Below the pieces are notes generated by a model that had not been told where the DNA came from, ran no database searches, and worked only from the letters and a program-made list of their open reading frames with translations. From the NCBI RefSeq assembly GCF_963921235.1, contig NC_086097.1, positions 233,246,001 through 233,310,000 of the forward strand: a DNA stretch of 64,000 nucleotides, written 5' to 3'. Source of the DNA: Mobula hypostoma (Eukaryota). This document shows positions 57,830-64,000 of the stretch, piece by piece; position 1 is the first letter of the stretch, and every line of letters starts with the position of its first letter. The position numbers and the translations under genes were made by a program.

Positions 57830-60800
57830 TCAGCATTTGGGATTGATTAGCAGGAGCAAATTAAAGAGGGGCAGGGGCAGGCACAGTGGCCATCGTTTCA
57901 GTGGTGGTCTTCTGAGTAGACAGAGTCAGAGTGGTGATCTTGAGGCTTTAGCTCTTCAAGGCTTCAATGAAGAGAATCTTCTGTCAGAGAAAGCAAAGGA
58001 AAGAAAAGCTCAAGGTTAATTTTTTTCCCTTCCCTTCTTTATATCTGTTCAGATGAGATGGCAGGCAGGTTAGTTGAATGCTCTCCTTGCATGAAGTGAG
58101 AAGGCAGGGAGACCTCAGTGACCCTGACGACTATAACTGCGAGAAGTGCATCCAGCTGCAGCTTCTAACAATCCACATTAAGAAGTTGGAGCTGGAACTT
58201 GATGAACTCCAGATCATTTGGGTGGCTGAAGGGGTGATAGATAGGTTATGTCTACATCCAAGGTAGTTGCTCCCATGTGCAGTACACAGGAAACTCGGTG
58301 GAAGTCAGGAAGGGGAAAGGGGTTAAGGAGCTACCTCTGTAGCCAATAGCCATCCCTGTCAACAACAGGTGTATCACTTTGGATACTGTCAGGGGATGAC
58401 CTAACAGAGGAAAGGGGCAGTGGGTGGGTCTCTAGAACTGAGACTGCCTCCATGACTCTGAAGGGAAGAGAAGAGGAGAGGCACACTGTGGTGATAGGGG
58501 AGTCATTAGGAGAACAAACAAGAGTTTCTGTGGGAGTTGCCTTCTGGGTGCCAGGGTCCGGGATACCTTGAATCGAGTCCTCAGCATTTTAAAATGGGAG
58601 GGTGAATAGCCAGAAGTCGAGGTCCATGTAGGTACCAATGACATAGATAGGGCAAGTGACAAGTTTCAGCATAGGGACTTCAGGAAGTTAGGTGCTAAGT
58701 TATAGAGCAGGACCTCCAGGGTTGTGATCTCAGGATTTCCAGCCGTACATATGTGAGTGAGGCCAAAACTAGGAAGATTATACAGTTTAATAGATAGCTA
58801 AGGAGTTGTTGTAGGAGGGAGGGCATAAGATTTTTGGATCATTGGGCTCTCATCCAGGGAAAGTGGGACCTGTACAGAAGGGATGGTTTGCACCTGAACT
58901 GGAGAGGGACTAATACCCTAGCGGGAAGGTTTGTTAACACTGCACAGTAGGTTTTAAACTACATTTGCAGGAGGACGGGAACCAGAGGGCCAGAACAGTT
59001 AGAGGAGAGGTTGTGGAGGCAGATGTTGGTAAGACCTCTTACAAATTTAGGAATCGAAAGGTTGAGCATGATGTGACTAGTGTCCTGAGCTGCCAATATT
59101 TCAATGCAAGAAAGGCCGTAGGAAAGGCAAATAATAGTGCTGAAGATGAGGTAGCTGGTTTCGAAACAGAGGCAATGTGTAGCGGGGAGAGGCTGGTGAT
59201 GGGGCAAAATTGCAGTCAACAGGATGAGATGCAATGTAAAAGGCAGACAAAATTGAAAAGAGTGAATACAGGACTGAAGGGGTTGTATTTGAATGTGCGC
59301 AGTATATGGAATAAGGTAGATGAACTTGCAACACATTTGCAGATTGCCAAGTATGATGTTGTAGGCATCACTGAATCATGGCTGAAATAAGATTATAGCT
59401 GGGAGCTTATTGTCCAACAATATATATTGTATCAAAAGGACAGGCAGGTAGGCAGATGGAACGGAATTGCTCTTTTGGTAAGAAATGAAAGCAAATCATT
59501 ACAAACAGTGACATAGGATTGGAAGGTGCTGATTCATTGTGGATAGAGCTGAGGAACTGCAAGGGTAAAAAGACCCCGATGGGAATTGTATGCAGAACCC
59601 CAATCAGTAGTAAGGGTATAGCCTACAAATTGCAATGGGAGACAGAAGAAGCATGCCAAAAGGGCAATGTTGCAATCGTCATGGGGTATTTCAATATGCA
59701 GGTAGATCAGGAAAATCAGGGAGTATTTCTAAAGCAGCGGTCTCCAACCGCCGGGCCGTGGACCGGTACCGGACCGCAGAGCATGTGCTACCGGGCCGCG
59801 AGGAAACAATATGAGTCAGCTGCACCTTTCCTCATTCCCTGTCACACACTGTTGAACTTGAACAAATTTGCCGGGACATCCTGTATATTGGGCGAAATTG
59901 GTTTGCCCCATACAGGACCGTCCTTGTCTCATATTTCCCCCGCTAAGGTAGAGCGTTCCTATGAAACCTTTCGTGCCGAAATGGCGTAAAGCGAAGAAGC
60001 AATCACCATTAATTTATATGGGAAAAATTTTTGAGCATTCTCAGACCCAAAAAATAACCTACCAAATCATAACAAATAACACATAAAATCCAAAATAACA
60101 CTAACATATAGTAAAAGCAGGAATGATATGACAAATACACACCGTATATAAAGTAGAAGTAATGTATGTACAGTATAGTCAGGAAGATTAAGCCAAAACT
60201 GATTTGTGGGGAAAAAAAATCAGCATGTACGCACATGCGCACATCACATAGGCGTACGTCACTCATGCATGTGCACACAGGTGCCTGCGCAAGGCTTCAT
60301 GGTCATGGTAGTCTTTCCTGGGGTAAACACAAGTGTCCCGGGATTTGACTGCTACTTTTGCCCCTAATTTGGGAATGAGAAAGTTGGCAACCCTAACTCT
60401 AAAAGACATGTTGAAGTGAGTTTAACCCCACTGGAACAACTTCCCCCTCCGCCGCCCCCGCTTGGCCAGTCCGCAAGAATATTGTCAATATTAAACCGGT
60501 CCGTGGTGCAAAAAAGGTTGGGGACCCCTGTTCTAAAGTGCTTGTGAGATGGCTTTTTAGAGCAGTTCCTTGTTGAGACCACTAGGAGATCAGCTATTCT
60601 GGAATGGGTGCTGCGCAATGAACTAGAATTGATTAAAGAGCTTATGGTAAAAGAACCCTTAGGGAAATGTGATCATAATATGATTGAATACACCCTGAAA
60701 TACACCCCGGCAGATGAACTGAATAAGTACTTTGCATCAGTCTTCACTGTGGAAAACATTAGCAGTATGGTGGAAGTTCAGGATGTCAGGGGTCATGAAG

Positions 60801-61852
60801 TTACCATAACTAGAGAAAAGCTTCTTGGGAAACTGAAAGGTCTGAAGGTAGACAAGTCACCTGAACAAGATGTTGTATATCCCAGGGTTCTGAAACAGGT
60901 AATGGCAGTGATTATAGAGGCATTAGTAACGATGATTCAAGAATCACTAGATTCTGGAATAGTTCCAGAAGTCTGGAAAATTGCAAAAATCACTCCATTC
61001 TTTAAGAAAGGAGAGAGGCAGGAGAAAGGAAATAATAGGCCAGTTAGAGGTTGGGAAGATGTTGGAGTCGATTATTAAGGATGAGGGTCTCAGGGTACTT
61101 GGAGGCACGTAATTAAATAGGCCATAGTTTCCTCTCGGAAAAATCTTGCCTTACAATTCCTTTGAAAGTCTTTGAAGAAATAATAATCAGGATAGACAAA
61201 GGAGAGTTGGTTGATGTCATGAACTTGGATTTTCGGAAGGCATTTGACAAGGTGTCATACATGAGGCTGCTTAACATGCTACGAACAGATGGTATTACTG
61301 GAAAGATTCTAGCATGGATAAAGCAGTGGTTGATTGTCAGGACGCAAAGAGTGGGAATAAAGGGAGCCTTTTCTGCCTGGCTGCCGGTGACTAGTTCCAC
61401 AGGAGTCTGTGTTAGGACTGGTTCTTTTTAAATTAATTGTCAATGATTTGGATGATGGAATTGATGGCTTTGTTGCCAAGTTTGCAGACAAAATGAAGGC
61501 AGGTGAAGGGGCAGATATTCTTGAGGAAGTATAGAGGCTACAGAAGGACTTAGACAGATTTGGAGAATGGGCAAAGAAATGGCAAATGGTATATAGCTAT
61601 GGGAAGTGTTTGGTCATGCACTTTGGTAGAAGAAATGAAAGGATTGACTATTTTCTAAATGGAGAGAAAGTACAAAAAAAAACTGAGGTGCAAAGGGACT
61701 TGTGGAGACAGCTGTTGAGGCCAAGTCTTTATGTATATTTAAGGCAGAGGTTGATAGACTCTTGACTGGTCAGGGCATGAGGGGTACGGGGAGAAGGCAG
61801 TGGATTGGGGCTGAGAGGAAAATTGGATTAAGCATGATGAAATGGCAGAGAT
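57830..61852 (+). mobile_element. Old near full-length CR1 LINE with internal deletions
   Basis: ORF1 zinc-finger start (MAGRLVECSPC...CEKCIQLQLL), esterase remnant, endonuclease YLNVRSI/GITESW, RT LDFRKAFDKV and KFAD. Confidence 0.85.
59735..60530. mobile_element. hAT (Charlie-like) MITE inserted in CR1
   Basis: TIRs CAGCGGTCTCCAACC / GGTTGGGGACCCCTG and a perfect 8-bp TSD TTCTAAAG (59727-59734 / 60531-60538). Confidence 0.9.
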
Positions 61853-61854
61853 GG

Positions 61855-63885
61855 TGACCGTGGATGACAAGGGAAGTCAAGGACAGTATAAAAATAAAAG
61901 AGAGGAAGTATAACATAGCAAGGATGAGTGGGAAGCCAGAGGATTGGGAGACTTTTAAGGAGCAACAGGAGATAACTAAAAAGGCAATACAAGGGAAAAA
62001 GATGAGGTACGAAGGTAAGCTAGCCAAGAATATAAAGGAGGATAGTAAAAGCTTCTTTAGGTGTGTGAAGAGGAAAAAATTAGTTAAGAACAAAGTTGGG
62101 CCCTTGAAGACAGAAACGGGTGAAATTATTATGGGGAACAAGGAAATGGCAGATGAGCTGAACAGGTACATTGGATCTGTCTTCACTAGGGAAGACACAA
62201 ACAATTTCCCAGATATAATAGTGGCCAGAGGACCTAGGGTAACGGAGGAACTGAAGGAAATTCGAATTAGGCAGAAAATGGAGTTGGGTGAACTGATGGG
62301 ACTGAAGGCTGACAAATCCCCAGGCCCTGATGGTCTGCATCCCAGGGTACTTAAAGAGGTGGCTCTAGGAATCGTGGATGCATTGCTAATCACTTTCTAA
62401 TGTTTTATAGATTCAGGATCAGTTCCTGCGGATTGGAGGGTAGCTAATGTTATCCCACTTTTTAAGAAAGGAGGGAGAGAGTATATGCAATTATAGACCA
62501 GTTAGTCTGACATCAGTGGTGGGGAAGATACTGGAGTCAATTATGAAAGATGAAATAGCGGCATATTTGGATAGCAGTAGCAGGATAGGTCCGAGTCAGC
62601 ATGGATTTACGAAGGGGAAATCATGCTTGACTAATCTTCTGGAATTTTTTGAGGACGTAACTATGAAAATGGACATGGGAAAGCCAGTGGATGTATTCTA
62701 CCTGGACTTTCAGAAAGCCTTTGATAAGGTCCCACATAGGAGGTTAGTGGGCAAAATTAGAACACATGGTATTGGGGGTAGGGTACTGACATTGATAGAA
62801 AATTGGTTGGCAGACAGGAAACAAAGAGTAGGGATTAACGGATCCTTTTCAGAATGGCAGGCAGTGTCTAGTGGGGTACCGCAAGGCTCGGTGCTGGGAC
62901 TACAGCTATTTACAATATACATTAATGATTTAGATGAAGGGAGTAAAAGTAACATTAGCAAATTTGCAGATGACACAAAGCTGGGTGACAGTGTGAAATG
63001 TGAGGAGGATGTTATGAGAATGCAGGGTGACTTGGACAGGTTGGGTGAGTGGGCAGATGCATGGCAGATGCAGTTTAATGTGGATAAATGTGAGGTTATC
63101 CACTTTGGTGGCAAGAACCGGAAGGCAGATTACTATCTGAATCGTGTCAAGTTAGGAAAGGGGAAGTACAACAAGATCTGGGTGTCTTTGTTCATCAGTC
63201 ACTGAAAGTAAGCATACAGGTACAGCAGGCAGTGAAGACAGCTAATGACATGTTGGCCTTCATAACAAGGGGAGTTGAGTATAGGAGCAAAGAGGTCCTT
63301 CTCCAGTTGTACAAGGCCCTGGTGAGACCCCACCTGGAGTATTGTGTGCAGTTTTGGTCTCCAAATTTGAGGAAGGAAGTTCTTGCTGTAGAAGTAGTGC
63401 AGCATAGGTCCACGAGGTTAATTCCCGGGATGATGGGACTGTCATATGTTGAAAGATTGGAGCGACTGGGCTTGTATACACTGGAATTTAGAAGGATGAG
63501 AGGGGATCTGATTGAAACATATAAGATTATTATAATGGATTGGACACGCTAGAGGCAGGAAACATGTTCCCGATGTTGGGGGAGTCCAGAACCAGAGGCC
63601 ACAGTTTAAGAATTAGGGGTAGACCATTTAGAACAGAGTTGAGGAAAAACTTTTTCACACAGAGGGTTGTGGATCTGTGGAATGCTCTTCCTCAGAAGGC
63701 AGTGGAGGCCAATTCTTTGGATTCTTTCAAGAAAGAGTTAGATAGAGCTCTTAAAGATAGTGTTATGAGGAGAAGGCAGGAACGGGGTACTGATTGTGGA
63801 TGATCAGCCATGATCACAGTGAATGGCGGTTCTGGCTCAAAGGGCCAAATGGCCTACTCCTGCACCTATTGTCTATTGTCTGTTG
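61855..63885 (+). mobile_element. 5'-truncated CR1 LINE related to the 3903-7448 lineage
   Basis: RT ORFs at 61864-63803 with a few disablements; 3' UTR similar to 3926-4000; (ATTGTCT)n tail. Confidence 0.92.
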
Positions 63886-64000
63886 CTGAAAGTACCCTGT
63901 CAAGGTTGAATCATGGTCTAGAACAGCAATTCAAATGTGCAAGAATACAAGAAGCAGGAAAGAGTAGCGGATTCAGCGTAATTCATCACAGGCATATCCC

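Overview
Eukaryotic, repeat-dense window with no recognisable host protein-coding exon, so probably a large intron or intergenic DNA. The repeat mix (CR1 LINEs, Rex1/Babar and RTE LINE fragments, Penelope pseudo-LTRs, V-type and Deu-type SINEs) suggests a cartilaginous fish, probably a ray (inference). Main contents: a young 5'-truncated CR1 with an intact ~1000-codon APE+RT ORF2 (3903-7448, minus); four more long decayed CR1 copies; a complete but internally deleted Gmr1-like Gypsy LTR element with SCAN-type gag, tRNA-Pro PBS, PPT and ATAT TSD (31758-36942, minus); a TRIM-like mini LTR element; a Gypsy remnant with PNMA-like gag; mariner, Tc1 and hAT MITEs; and many non-autonomous retroelements. 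Top observation: at the ORF1/ORF2 junction of four divergent CR1 copies there is an in-frame U_UUA_AAC slippery heptamer (exact in two, one change in two) at the ORF1 stop position. ORF2 lies in the -1 frame and has no AUG for ~200 codons, which points to programmed -1 ribosomal frameshifting giving an ORF1-ORF2 fusion in a non-LTR retrotransposon. Also notable: minimal hammerhead-ribozyme motifs in the Penelope repeats, and an ORF1/ORF2 module swap between CR1 lineages. Family names come from my recognition of motifs, not from database searches, and boundaries of old repeats are approximate.
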